Of a stretch of DNA of 56,900 nt, positions 37,418-49,490 are shown piece after piece. The notes under the pieces are model-generated. The model did no database searches. It saw only the letters and a list, made by a program, of their open reading frames with translations, and was not told the DNA's origin. The position numbers and the translations under genes are program-made. This stretch comes from Prorocentrum cordatum. Taxonomy: Eukaryota. The DNA lies in assembly GCA_963575745.1 (NCBI GenBank), contig CAUYUJ010000056.1:62001-118900 (forward strand), given 5' to 3'. Position 1 is the first letter of the stretch, and every line of letters begins with the position of its first letter.

Positions 37418-38227
37418 TTAGCCGCAACTAACTATTTGTCGGAGTCGGCTCAACTTAAGTGACTGGATTGCCTGCTCCAACGCCCGGGCAAACAGGAAAC
37501 AAAAACGACCAGGGTAAGGTTCAGCAGCACTGGTCCAGAGTTTGCCCGAGTTTGGGTCACGGCCAGAAAAGATGATGTGGCGTTTGCCTGTAAAACTGCA
37601 CTGGCCCGAACGCCCGCGACAGGGCCCTGGGAGGGAAATCCGACAACTTGAACTCCAGACCTGAACGCGGGTGCGCTTCCGCCGGCGGGCTCCGAGGGCG
37701 CAAAAATCCACAACACACTGATGGCTATCTGGCCGCCTTGAAAGGCGGGCAAGCTGAGCAGTTTGCCAAATATAACTGCTACTGGGATTCTCCAAAGCCA
37801 CTGGAACATGGTTGCTACGGCAGGCACGAATCAAGGATAGACAGAACTTGAGCTGATAATTGCCCTTCTCACAGGCTAAGCGAGCACGCTGACTGAGGTT
37901 AGGTAAACCCCACAAATGAGAAGGGCTTCTGAGACGGCACCAACTACTGTTTGGGGGCCCATGCCTAGCCTGGGACCAGGAGCAGCAAGGAGTCCCCATC
38001 CAGAGACCGACGACGACGCCCCCCGTAATCCACCCCCGCACCATCTTCTGAATGCAAAGCCTATCCAGATTGAACCAGGTGGGCTTTAAAATGTCGACCG
38101 ACACGACCCCAAAACCGAGGTTTCGCATCGCCTTGGAAACGCCCCCCTGGCCAAAGTAAAGTTCCAGAAAAACTTGCTTCCTAGAGGCCCGAGCAGAGGC
38201 AAGCGCCTTTCTCAGCACTCGCCGCAT
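37418..38227 (-). CDS. C5-cytosine DNA methyltransferase-like protein (~269 aa, frame open)
   Basis: Motif I FLELYFGQGG, catalytic motif IV GTPCCSWS, motif VI LENP, motif VIII RKRT, C-terminal AEPYP; ATG at 38227 overlaps the end of the YR frame. Confidence 0.85.
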   Translation of the reverse strand: MRRVLRKALASARASRKQVFLELYFGQGGVSKAMRNLGFGVVSVDILKPTWFNLDRLCIQKMVRGWITGGVVVGLWMGTPCCSWSQARHGPPNSSWCRLRSPSHLWGLPNLSQRARLACEKGNYQLKFCLSLIRACRSNHVPVALENPSSSYIWQTAQLARLSRRPDSHQCVVDFCALGARRRKRTRVQVWSSSCRISLPGPCRGRSGQCSFTGKRHIIFSGRDPNSGKLWTSAAEPYPGRFCFLFARALEQAIQSLKLSRLRQIVSCG

Positions 38228-39320
38228 CCCCACCCTGACTTCGGCGTCGCTGAGCGAGGTCCCATGGGAAGCGCCGGCAGCGGAGGCAGGCCCTCGCGTT
38301 TGAGGAAGATCGCCTCCAGCCTGGCGGCGACGCGCCGCCCGAACTCGAGCGTCTGGGCTGGGGCCCCGTGCAGCTCTGCCAACGCTCTTGCCTCCTTGCC
38401 GTGCCTTTTCAGCATCGCATCTGAGTGCCACCTTCCCCTGGACTTGACCTCTAGAGCCGAGCGCGCCTTCGTCAACAGGTCGTGAGAGCCTCCGCCGCGC
38501 CGCAGGCCGTAGACGGTCAACCCCATCTGGCCCAGGCCCAGAGCCTCCGCTGACACCTGCGTCTCCATCGACAGGTCGTTGCGTGCAAAGCTCCACAGCC
38601 TGTCTGTCACGCGCTGCCTGCGCCGCTTCAGCACCGAGAGGCACTCGTAGAGATACCCGACCCCGTCCAGCACCACGCTCTCGTCGAAGGCGCCCACCTT
38701 TGTCGGAGCTCCCAGCTCGCTCGGTCCTAGCAGCAGCGCCCAGTGCTGCTGCCCGAACCCTGCGCCTGCATGGGCGTCAAGCGCGTCCAGCTCGCCTGGG
38801 CGGAGGTAAGCGTTGAACGCCAGCAGCAGCGCGACAGCGTGCTCCAGCAAGCCCCGCGACAAGAGGTGCCCCGCCAGCGCCGCCGCCAGGAGCCACGGCA
38901 CAGGCGCCCGCGTTGCCCGCGGAACAACCTTGGCCCAGCCAGCCAGCGCCCTGGTCGCCCTCGGCAAGCCCTGTGGACCGTACCTGCCGACCTCCGGGTA
39001 ATAGAACTTGACCGCAGCAAAGGTCTTGCTGGCCACGTCCCCAGCGCACCCCAGGAATAATGGCCTGTCCATGTACAGAACCAGCGCCAGGTCGAGCTCC
39101 TCGACTGAGGTCCAGCTCAACCCTGCCTGCAGTGCCCATCCCAGAAGGGCCTTGGCTCTCCTCTGGTAGTCCGCGAAGGTCGCCTTCGCCACTGACCTCG
39201 ACTCCAGGAAGGACGGCGGGCACGAACCCGGGAGGGGCGTCGACTCGGGCGATGGCGCGTGGCACCAGGTCCTCCTGGCGGCCGCCGCCGCAGTCGACAT
39301 GATGCCAATCATCTTCATCC
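38212..39320 (-). CDS. Tyrosine recombinase (expected catalytic Tyr appears as His)
   Basis: N-terminal SFLESRSVAKATFADY; box I FNAYLRPGEL; box II YGLRRGG..GRWHSDAMLKRHGK; start position approximate within ORF 38212-39636. Confidence 0.85.
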
Positions 39321-39479
39321 AGTCGTCTTGAGGGGCCTCCAGCTCCGTCCTGCTTCGCGTGCGCGACCGACTGCTCCTGGCCTGCGCCGAAGCTCGGGAA
39401 CTCTGGCACGGCTGGCAGCCCCCCGCGCTCATCACCAGCAGAAGCAGACTCCAGCTTGGCACCCTCCTCCTCCAGCTGC

Positions 39480-40309
39480 GGCTTGAGAAAGTACAGGCCT
39501 CGCGAAGGGTTATCCGCCGGGTTCCTCGCGGACGGGGCCCAGCGGACACGCGCGTGGAGGCGGCGAGCCAGGGCGAGGGCGCTGATCTCCCGAAGGATGC
39601 CCCTGAAATCCGAGGATCGGCCCTTTCCGGCCGCAAGGGCCAGCCCCAGGAGAAGCACGCGATGTCCGAAGGCTTTCTGATCTCGAAGGAGATGCCGAAG
39701 GGCGTTGGACAAAGCGAGACCCTCCAACCTCAGTGTGTTCGCTGGGCCCCGCCAGGGGAACGACTCGACGATATGCCACACCTCTGGGTCCGTGAAGCTC
39801 GCGTCGACCATGTCGAAGGCCCTCGCGTGCTCATCGGCCTGGCGCAGGCTGTCCGGCAGGTCGTCTAGCGCCAGCAACTGCTCCAGCTCGGCGTCCGCCT
39901 CCTCGCCCCCCAAGGCGTGGGCTCGCGCAGCCGTAGCGCCCTGGCGGTGCCGCCGGCGCTCGGCCGTCCGCCCCCAGCGCGCGATCTCGTCCAAGTTCGC
40001 CACCCGCTCGCAGACCCCGCAGCCCCAGTGAGACGCGTCGCTGGCGGTCACCTTGCCGTGCCAGTCGGCGTTCGCGTGGGCCACCATAAGCGGCAGCAAG
40101 CTCCTGACATGCCGGAGCTCCTCCTTCACTGCCGGCCACAGCTCGCCTTCCTTTGTGCCCATGGCACTCATGTGCGCATACACCGAGCTGAACGCCGACA
40201 GGGAGGACCGCTGAACCATCATAATCCAAGTCGCATGCCCTACCACGATCTCGAAAACGTGCCCCGAGCAGGTGCGGCGGCCCAAAAGCTCTTCGATGGC
40301 CAGCCTCAA
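39480..40309 (-). pseudogene. DIRS-type RNase H domain
   Basis: ASDASHWGCG, TLRLEGLAL, KGRSS, RWAPSARNPADNPSR; the expected DN before KGRS is missing (deletion). Confidence 0.85.
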
Positions 40310-40312
40310 CCT

Positions 40313-41660
40313 TCAGATGCGCTCGGTGGAGACCCGAACGGTGCGCCCGCGCCCGTCAAACGCGAGGCCCACGAAGTCGGCCTGGTCCACCGCCCCGTCG
40401 GTCTCCTCATGGATCGTGAAGCCCTGGCTGGAAAGAGCCTCCGCAGCAGCCTGACCTGCGGCGCAGACGTCCTGCATGGGCGAGCCCATCACCATGAAGT
40501 TGTCGGCGCACGCAGCTGCCCCAAGCGCGCGCCCAGGCCCCAGCGGGCGAGAGGCCTCGCGATCCTTCGCCAGGGAATCAGCCCACTGGCCGCCGCGCGA
40601 AAGCCCTTCCTCCGTCACAAGCTGGCAGCCCAGCTCCAGCCCATCGGCAACACCGCCAGTACCGGAACCAAGAGTGTCGAAGCGCTGCGGCCCCGCATGC
40701 CAACGGCGCCCCCGCGGAGCGCAGGACGCCTGAAGCAGGTCCCCAACTCTTCTGGCACCTCGATGGCGTAGAAGGCGTTGCTGATGCCCCCGCTGCTGAA
40801 CCAGACGATGTCGCACTCCTGGGCCTCCAGCTTCGCGAACGCCGCGGCTGGGGGCAAGTGCGTCGACGGCGGCGGCGCGAAGTCGCAGTTCGCCAGCCTG
40901 GCGTCGAAGATGATCCTCTGCATCTGGTTATTTTTCTTAACAAAGAACAGGCCCACCGTTGCATTGATGTCGCCAAGCTTCTCGGCGGGCACTAGGCGAG
41001 CCATGCCGCGACTCACCAGCCCAGTCACAAAATCTCCGTGCACTCTGTGATCCCGAAGCGCTGGGTCGAGATAATGACGTAGAAGTCCGAGCTCAGACCG
41101 AATGCCAGCCGCTGCAGCTGGAAGTCTTCGCTCGTTGGCCGTCAGATCCCTCGACCAGGTAGGGTGCTCGGCTGGCAGCGCATCGCCCGGTGAAACAGGC
41201 CTCGCCCCCTACAGCCGGCCAGGACACAGCGTCCTTGTTGTAGGGCACGACGGTTGTAGCGCAGTCGCCGTGCATGGCGGCGCTCCCGCAGAGCTCACAG
41301 AGGCCCCCGCGGCGACACACATCTGCTGGACAGACGCCCACGGCGCAATAGCTGCGCTCCAGATGCTCGAGGCATCTCCGCTGCACAGCGCTGACGGCAC
41401 CATCACCAGCAAGATCGCGCCCAGCAAGTGAGTTGAGGAACTGGATGCCATCCTTGGCCCAGTCGAGCGAATGACGGCGGCGATGAGCACGACGGGCGAC
41501 GGCGCGGCAGCCTACGCCAGTCGTAGAAGGGACAGGGAGAAGAGGCAAAGGGAAGATGTCGCGCTGGCGCATCGTCACCTCGCGGCCGAAGATGTAAGAG
41601 CCTGCGCGCCCGGGGCCGGGGAGCAGCAGGCAGCCTTGATCGATGAGGTACGGGAGGAAG
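40313..41660 (-). pseudogene. DIRS-type reverse transcriptase, disrupted
   Basis: RDIFPLP, GLFFVKK..QRIIFDAR..N, ISNAFY, LPMGWSWA, CADNF, FVG; frameshifts near 41180 and 40620 and an in-frame TGA at 40313-40315. Confidence 0.88.
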
Positions 41661-43076
41661 TTAGCCACCGTCAGCCCCCTTCGGCCCCTTGGGCCCCTTG
41701 GGCTTGGCAAGCTGTCTCTCCTCCCGCGCTTTGCGCCTCTCCTTGGCGACCGCGCTCTCTCTTGCAATCTGCTCGCTGATCCAAGTGGAGAGCGCTGGGG
41801 CCACCATGGGCCCTCGGGTAGTGGCCATCCCCGTGAAGTAGTACTCCTCGTCCTGGTGCTCATTGGTGTCCTTCCTCGTTCCCAGGACTCGATCTCCGTG
41901 CCTTTCTTCACAGAGTTGAAGTTGGCGAGATACCAAATCGAGGCAGGCCAAATTTGCGAGGTCCAACTGGTCGTAGCACAGCGCCGTCTCGAAGAACTTC
42001 GAGTACTCATGATGAGCCGAAACGATAGCGTCGTCGAGACCCAAGCGCATGATCGACCTCCACTGCACATGATGCCCCAATGCGCTCCCTCCGTTCTCGA
42101 GCATGAAGTTGGCCACCCAGTGTGCTGTCCTCGGGCCTGGCACCGCCCAGTCGCCCCAGTCCACGGACCGTAGCAGAGCCACTCCCGAAGCGAACGCGCG
42201 ATGCCGCTTCCCGTTGACATCGCACAGCACTGAGAGGGTGCGGCAGTCACCTGAGCCCGACCCGCCGTCTCCAGCCCCATCCGCGGCGACCGCCAGCGGT
42301 CCTCCTCCGGCTCCGGCCAGTGCAGCTGCGAGCCCAGCGGCGCCGTCGGCGACCGCGGCTGCGGGCGCGTCGGCGGCTCCAGCCGCGGGGGCCCCTCCAG
42401 CTGCGGGCGCAGGCATGGGGGCGAGCATACCTCCCGCCGGGGCTCCTGCGGCGGCGCCGCCTCCAAGCACCCCGGCAGCCGCTGGGGCGGGTCCCGCCCC
42501 GAGAGCGCCAACGCCGCCTCCTCCTGCAGCCCCGCCCGCCGCGGCGCCCCCGCCTCCTCCGAGCAGAGCGGCCAGCCCGCCGGCAGGTCCTCCTGCCACA
42601 GCGAGTCCGCCGCCGCCAGCTGCGGGCGCGGGAGCACCCGCTGCGCCTCCACCAGCCGCCCCGCCGCCTCCGGCGGCGACCAGCGCCCCGCCACCGCCAC
42701 CTGCACGACGTGCCGCAGCGACAGCGAGAGCAGCATCGTGGCCAGCAAGAAGCACCCCGGCCTGCTGCGTGAAGGCCTGTACTGGCTCCGCGTGCGTGAG
42801 CGGGACGGCGAAGTCGTAGACCCTGAGCCCAGCTACGCCCGCGGCTGGGATGATGTCCCCGTCCTCTCGGATAAGAACACGCCCTGGTCCAACTTTGTAC
42901 CAATGTCGGATGTCGTCATTGTCCTCGCTGAACAGCTCAATGAACAAGTCATGATCAGGAGAAACGACTGCAGCATGCAGCCCCTCGATCCCAGAGACGC
43001 CGACCACGACGCGGGCGTGCAGGAGCGGAGCCCCTGGCAAATCATACTCAACATACAGTTCATCTCCGATGTTCAT
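41661..43076 (-). CDS. Gag-like ORF of the YR retrotransposon (471 aa, open)
   Basis: Upstream of RT; globular N-terminus, G/A/P linker, C-terminal WAVPGPRT...YDQLDLANLACLDLVSRQLQ...KERRKAREER. Confidence 0.7.
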   Translation of the reverse strand: MNIGDELYVEYDLPGAPLLHARVVVGVSGIEGLHAAVVSPDHDLFIELFSEDNDDIRHWYKVGPGRVLIREDGDIIPAAGVAGLRVYDFAVPLTHAEPVQAFTQQAGVLLAGHDAALAVAAARRAGGGGGALVAAGGGGAAGGGAAGAPAPAAGGGGLAVAGGPAGGLAALLGGGGGAAAGGAAGGGGVGALGAGPAPAAAGVLGGGAAAGAPAGGMLAPMPAPAAGGAPAAGAADAPAAAVADGAAGLAAALAGAGGGPLAVAADGAGDGGSGSGDCRTLSVLCDVNGKRHRAFASGVALLRSVDWGDWAVPGPRTAHWVANFMLENGGSALGHHVQWRSIMRLGLDDAIVSAHHEYSKFFETALCYDQLDLANLACLDLVSRQLQLCEERHGDRVLGTRKDTNEHQDEEYYFTGMATTRGPMVAPALSTWISEQIARESAVAKERRKAREERQLAKPKGPKGPKGADGG

Positions 43077-43660
43077 GCCTTAGCTCCAGGCGGAGTCCAG
43101 TCACCGACGATATTGCCGCGCCCTCCTGGCACCCTGCGACCCGACACGCCGACCAGTGGAGCCACCTCGCTGCACGCCTCGACCGCCAGAAGCACCTCGC
43201 GCTTCCGGCCGCACCAGCGGCCCAGCTGGCCGCGCACGGCGGCCCAAAGCCTGGTGGCGAGCTCCCACAGCAGGAGGGTCCCCAAGCCTAAGGAGACCTC
43301 GAAGCCCCAAGAGAACTCCGCCTTGGCCGGCTCGGGGCATGCCGGGCAAGGATCAGGGCACTCCACCAGCGGTGCCGACGCCCCCCGGGCACGCACCTCT
43401 CCAGCTCCGCGCACAGCTCTCCAGCCAGCGCGGGGGTCGGCGGCGCGGCCGCCGGGCAGCTCCGCGCTGGCGGAGCTGGGGCCGGCGCCGCAGCCGGCGG
43501 AAGAGCGGCCGCAGGCCGCGCGGCGGGCGGGCTGGCGGGGCCGCGGCCGGCCCACCACTGCCCCAGCCACGCGGAGCCCACGTAGAACGCCAGGAGCACC
43601 GCGCCGCGGCCCGCCTGGCGCATTCAGGTCGCGGGCTGCCTGCGGGCGGCGCGCGACCTC

Positions 43661-44100
<440 letters not shown>

Positions 44101-44449
44101 AATCCCGCTCCCCGTCCCTCTCTTCCTCATCGTCATCCCCCTCCCCGTTTCCTTTCACGACATTCGGCAACTCGTTTTTCCATCCACGGTCACAAAGCTC
44201 CCAACTACTTCTCCCAGAACGTCTGTTCGCCACGAATCCGCTTTCCATGGCCCCAAGGGGGGGGCAACGCCGCCCGAGAAAATTGAGGAAATTATCCCGG
44301 CAAAGCAACCTAACAGCGATGTGTAGGAGCATATCTGGAAGCATTCCCCTTACGATTCAAATGAGAACCCAGTTGTAGAATTCTGCTGTTCTCGCAGTCG
44401 TAGTCGCATTCGCGATGACAGTCGCAGCGGCAACGGCAGTCGCAGTCAC

Positions 44450-45720
44450 AGCCTCAGCCTAAGTCCTGCCTCAGCCTCAGCCTCAGCCTGCCTCAGCCTC
44501 AGCCTCAGCCTCAGCCTCCTGCCTCAGCCTCAGGCCTCAGCCTCAGCCTGCCTCAGCCTCAGCCTGCATCAGCCTCAGCCTCAGCCTCAGTCTGCCTCAG
44601 CATCAGCCTGCATCAGCCTCAACCTCAGCCTGCCTCTGCCTCAGCCTCAGCCTGCTTCAGCCTCAGCCTCAGTCCAGCCTCAGCCTCAGCCTCAGCCTGC
44701 CTCAGCCTCAGCCTGCCTCAGCCTCAGCCTCAGCCTGCCTCAGCCTCAGCCTGCTTCAGCCTCAGCCTCAGTCTGCCTTCAGCCTCGGCCTCAGCCTCAG
44801 CCTGCCTCAGCCTCAGCCTGCCTCAGCCTCAGCCTGCATCAGCCTCAGCCTCAGCCTCAGCCTCAGCCTGCCTCAGCCTCAGCCTCAGCCTGCTTCAGCC
44901 TCAGCCTCAGTCTGCCTTCAGCCTCGGCCTCAGCCTCAGCCTGCCTCAGCCTCAGCCTGCATCAGCCTCAGCCTCAGCCTCAGCCTGCCTCAGCATCAGC
45001 CTGCCTCAGCCTCAGCCTCAGCCTGCCTCAGCCTCAGCCTCAGCCTGCTTCAGCCTCAGCCTCAGTCTGCCTTCAGCCTCGGCCTCAGCCTCAGCCTGCC
45101 TCAGCCTCAGCCTGCATCAGCCTCAGCCTCAGCCTCAGCCTGCCTCAGCATCAGCCTGCCTCAGCCTCAGCCTCAGCCTGCCTCAGCCTCAGCCTCAGCC
45201 TGCTTCAGCCTCAGCCTCAGTCTGCCTTCAGCCTCGGCCTCAGCCTCAGCCTGCCTCAGCCTCAGCCTGCATCAGCCTCAGCCTCAGCCTCAGCCTGCCT
45301 CAGCATCAGCCTGCCTCAGCCTCAGCCTCAGCCTGCCTCAGCCTCAGCCTCAGCCTGCTTCAGCCTCAGCCTCAGTCTGCCTTCAGCCTCGGCCTCAGCC
45401 TCAGCCTGCCTCAGCCTCAGCCTGCATCAGCCTCAGCCTCAGCCTCAGCCTGCCTCAGCATCAGCCTGCCTCAGCCTCAGCCTCAGCCTGCCTCAGCCTC
45501 AGCCTCAGCCTGCTTCAGCCTCAGCCTCAGTCTGCCTTCAGCCTCGGCCTCAGCCTCAGCCTGCCTCAGCCTCAGCCTGCATCAGCCTCAGCCTCAGCCT
45601 CAGCCTGCCTCAGCATCAGCCTGCCTCAGCCTCAGCCTCAGCCTGCAGCCTCAGCCTCAGCCTCAGCCTTCAGCCTCGGCCTCAGCCTCAGCCTGCCTCA
45701 GCCTCATCAGCCTGCCTCAG
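44450..45720 (+). repeat. (GCCTCA)n hexamer satellite with a 155-bp higher-order repeat
   Basis: Variant tctgccttcagcctcggcc at 44911, 45066, 45221, 45376, 45531. Confidence 0.95.
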
Positions 45721-46210
45721 CATTCAAAATGTTGCCCGGGAATGGAATTCTGGGAACTCGAACAACACGAAGTGGCCTACAGCTGGCCCCGGGCATTCAA
45801 AATCATGCCCAGGAATGGAGTTCTGGGAACTCGAAGACCACGAAGTGGCCTACAGTTGGCTCCGGGCATTCAAAGTGTGGCCGGGGAATGGAGTTCTGGG
45901 AACTCGAAGAATACGAAAAGGCCTACAGTTGGCTCCGGGCATCCAAAATGGGGCCCAGGAATGGAGTTCTGGGAAGTCGAAGAGCACGAAGTGGCCTACA
46001 GTTGGCTCCGAGCATCCAAAATGTGGCCCGGGAATGGAATTCTGGGAAGTCGAAGAGCACGAAGTGGCCTACAGTTGGCTCCGAGCATCCAAAATGTGGC
46101 CCGGGAATGGAGTTCTGGGAAGTCGTAGAGCACGAAGTGGCCTACAGTTGGCTCCGGGCATTCAAAATGTGGCCCGGGAATGGAGTTCTGGGAAGTCGAA
46201 GAGCACGAAA
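45721..46210 (+). repeat. 73-bp tandem repeat, ~6.7 copies
   Basis: atgga(g/a)ttctgggaa at 45742, 45815, 45888, 45961, 46034, 46107, 46180. Confidence 0.95.
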
Positions 46211-46539
46211 TGTGTTACCGTTTGCTTAAAACGAGCCCGGCCCTGAGCCCGGCCCTCGCTGTCCAGATGCCGCCCAGACCCCCCTTCTGAGTCATCAGAT
46301 GCTCTCTTTTGACACCACTAGAAACCTATCAGTCTTCGCTGTTAGGAAAAAAGCAGCGATTGAAGCATTTGACTGGCGAAGAGCACAACCCTTTCTCAAA
46401 ACGAGGCGACTATGAGCAAGACCGCTCAATACACGATAATACTGTAAGGGGCCTGTGGTACCTCTGAACGCTTCGCCAAAGACGTCAAACCACCCTGAAC
46501 GTGTAAGGGGTATGCCCAAATGTAGCAGGGTCCATATGG

Positions 46540-47390
46540 GGCCACGAAGAGGCGATGGCTGTGCAACCGGGGCCTTCAGCGGAGCCCCCTAGGTGGTTAC
46601 GGAGCGCGGGAGGGGTGTGGCGACATGGGGCGGGGCGCCATGCGAACGCAGCCACTGGCCACTAGGGCCTTCGGTGGAGCTCCTATGGGGCCACGAAGCG
46701 TGTGCGGTGCGTGCCGAAAAGGGGCGGGTCACCAAGCGGGCGCAGCTACTGGAGCCGTCGGTGGAGCTCCCTATGGGGCAAATAAACGTGTGAGCTGTGT
46801 GCCGAATGGGTCGGGTCACCATGCGGGCGCAGCCACAGAGGCCGTCGGCGGAGCTCCCTGGTGGGCCACGAAGCGGGCCTTCGGAGTTATTCCCTATGAG
46901 GCCACGAAGCGTGTGAGAGGTATGCCGAAATGGAGCGGGGCACCATGCGGGCCACTGGAGCCTTAGGCGGTGCTCCCTATGAGGCCACGAAATGTGCGAG
47001 GTGTGCCGACATAGGGCGAGTGGATTACCACGCGGGCGCAGCCACTGGGGCCTTGGGTGGAACCTTACGGGGCAACGAAACGTGGTGTGTGTGTGCCGAA
47101 ATGGGGCGAGTTCCCATGCGGGCGCAGCCACTGGGGGCCACGAAGCGTGTGAGAAGTTGGCCGAAATGGGGCGGATCACCATGCGGGTGCAGCCACTTGG
47201 GCCGTAGGCGGTGCTCCCGATGGGGCATGAAGCGTTTGAGGGGCTGTGCCGAAACGGACATGCGGAAGGCAGAGCAACGAGGGGAGGAGAATACCGAGAG
47301 CAGATGAGGGGGAGGAGGAGGAAGGAGGAGGCACGCGGCGCTGCGGATTCAAAACGAGGACCCGACTCACAGGAGGGTTGGGAAGAACAG
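46540..47390 (+). repeat. ~90-bp satellite array with purine-rich spacer and TTCAAAACGA-hairpin terminus
   Basis: Same family as 2190-2830; terminal TTCAAAACGAGGACCCGACTCACAGGAGGGTTGGGAA at 47348-47384. Confidence 0.8.
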
Positions 47391-47447
47391 ACGTTCGGAC
47401 GTCCGGGCCCCCCTCTGGACGAAGAACAATCGGACTAGACATAAACT

Positions 47448-47589
47448 TTCGGAGGTCCGCGCGGATGTCTCGGATCGGCGCTGGAACCTCCCCATCTCGA
47501 CTGGCGCGCGGAGAGCGCCAGTGGCGGCGCCGGAAGCGACGCCAACGGGGGCCCAGCGCCGGTCCGAGAAATCCGCGCGGACCTCTGAA
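47448..47589. repeat. Fold-back element with 37-bp inverted arms
   Basis: 47448-47484 versus reverse complement of 47553-47589: 34/37 identical. Confidence 0.85.
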
Positions 47590-48672
47590 GAATGGTGTTC
47601 ACGCAAGTTTCTCTTCTTCTGGGAGGGCAGAAGAGCGCCCCCACACCCACCTGCCCACCCCCGCCAAAGCAGGCAGGGGGGGCAGGTGGGGGTCTCGCCC
47701 TCTTGGGGGACAACCTCATAATCGGGAGCCGAAGCTCTTTGGCCCAGCCCCAGAAGCAGGCGGGGGGGGGGAGGTGCCATTCCTGTCCCCAATCTAGGGG
47801 AACCAAGAACCAAAAGATATCGCTACCGCTGCTCTCCAGACGTCTCCAGAGGTGCGGTATGACCAGCATTTCGGGGCAAACCCAGACGTGGCGACGATGG
47901 CCCCCGAGGAGGCCCAGCGGGGCGAAAACGAGACCCAGGGTAGCAGTCGCGGTGCCTTCTCCTCCTCGGATCTCCGACCTGGCACCGAACCGATGCCCCT
48001 ACTCTACTCCCCGGACCTCTCCAAGGGCGCGTTCTGACCAGAACCGAGCGGCGGGCTCCCCCGAGAGGCCGAAGAGGGCGAAAACAGTGCGCAGGGTTCG
48101 CGGTATCGGTGCCTTTTCCCTCCTGATCTTCGGCCCTCGGCGCCGCATCGCAGCCGTCCGCCGCCCGCTGGCCGGACTCCTGCTGCGAGGCAAGGATTTG
48201 TCCATATCCACCGCCTTGGAACCGACGTCCTGGTGCCCCAGCGGGCGGTGGATGGATGGATATATATATATAATATATATATATATATAATATATATATA
48301 CCTATATATATTTGGGCCCCTGGGGGCCAGAATAATATCCACATCCACCGCCTGCCGAGGTCTCCAAAAATTGATCCTCCAGGCGGTGGCCATGCATAAA
48401 TTCCCGCCTCGGACCTGCCTCACCAGCTCCGGCGCCAAGGCCTCCGGCGGCACCCGCGCCGCGCCCGGGGCCTCAGGGGAGGCGGCGCCGCACGCGCCGC
48501 CGCCGGCCCGCTCTCCGCCCCGGAGGGAGCCCGCACTCCTCTGCGCCAGCGGCTCCGCTCACGTTGAGCGTTTTCTTATTCGTCGCTTCGACAGTGGGCA
48601 GAACGAGGGGGGGAGGGGGGGTCTGGCTCTGGACCTCTGCTTAATGCGACTCTTCGGAACCGTACGTCCTTG

Positions 48673-48836
48673 ACTACCTACCAGACCACCCCAACCCAAC
48701 CCGAAGACCCGAATTTCGGGTTGGGGGGGGTAAGGGTTCCACGTGTGTTTTTTCGATGTTTCCCGACACCCCCCTCACTGGAAATCGAGGGTAAATCTGA
48801 GCCTTCGGGTTGGGTTGGGGTGGTTTGGTGGGTGGT
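48673..48836. repeat. MITE-like fold-back with 34-bp inverted arms
   Basis: 48673-48706 versus reverse complement of 48803-48836: 31/34 identical. Confidence 0.85.
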
Positions 48837-49424
48837 GACTATGAGGGAGACTCCACCTGGACGAAACAGGCGCCAAAAAGCAGCCAAGATCCACTCCACG
48901 GGGGGGGGGAGGGGAGGTGCGAAGGCCCGCGCCGATTGGCAGAACAATGAAGAACAAAAACGACCACCACACGTCCCCTTGCCTTGACCGTCTGCTTGAG
49001 ATTGCTTTCCCCCCTCCCCTCCTCTTCCCCCTGCTACTCCTCCTCCTCCCTCGTACTCTTCGCCCTTTCTGCTTCCCCTGCCTTCTGCTTGCAGCCTTCC
49101 CTCCATCCCTTCCGCCTGCCCGCCCTCCCGCCTCCTGCCTGCCTGCCCTGGCCGTCCACATCCGTGTCCGTCGTCGTCTGCTGGCGTCTCGCTTCCTCTC
49201 CTGCTCCTCCGCCGGGCTGCCCGGACAGCCGGGAGCCAGCGGCGGCGCTAATCATACTCGTAGATGCCCAGGCAATGCAATAACCTGTATGCATGCGAAT
49301 GCCTGCTCTCCGAGAGAAGAACTCTTGCCAAATCCACTGGCGCACTTTGCGTCGATCTCACGGGGCTTGAGCGGTCCAAGAGTTCCAGCCGGTCCCCGGG
49401 GCCATCGGGGGACATGGCGGCCGC

Positions 49425-49490
49425 CGCGATCCTCCGACCGCACCTGCCCCGCTATGGCCTGGCCAGAGCAGGTGCGGTCGGAGGATCGCG
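49425..49490. repeat. Perfect 23-bp inverted repeat with 20-nt loop
   Basis: CGCGATCCTCCGACCGCACCTGC / GCAGGTGCGGTCGGAGGATCGCG. Confidence 0.95.

Noticed and set aside
42103..42819. Plus-strand Pro/Ala-rich ORF and other antisense ORFs across the LINE and YR elements
   Set aside because: Shadows of GC-rich minus-strand coding frames.
45721..46210. CRISPR array or repeat-protein gene
   Set aside because: The 73-bp unit is not a multiple of 3 and has no variable spacers.
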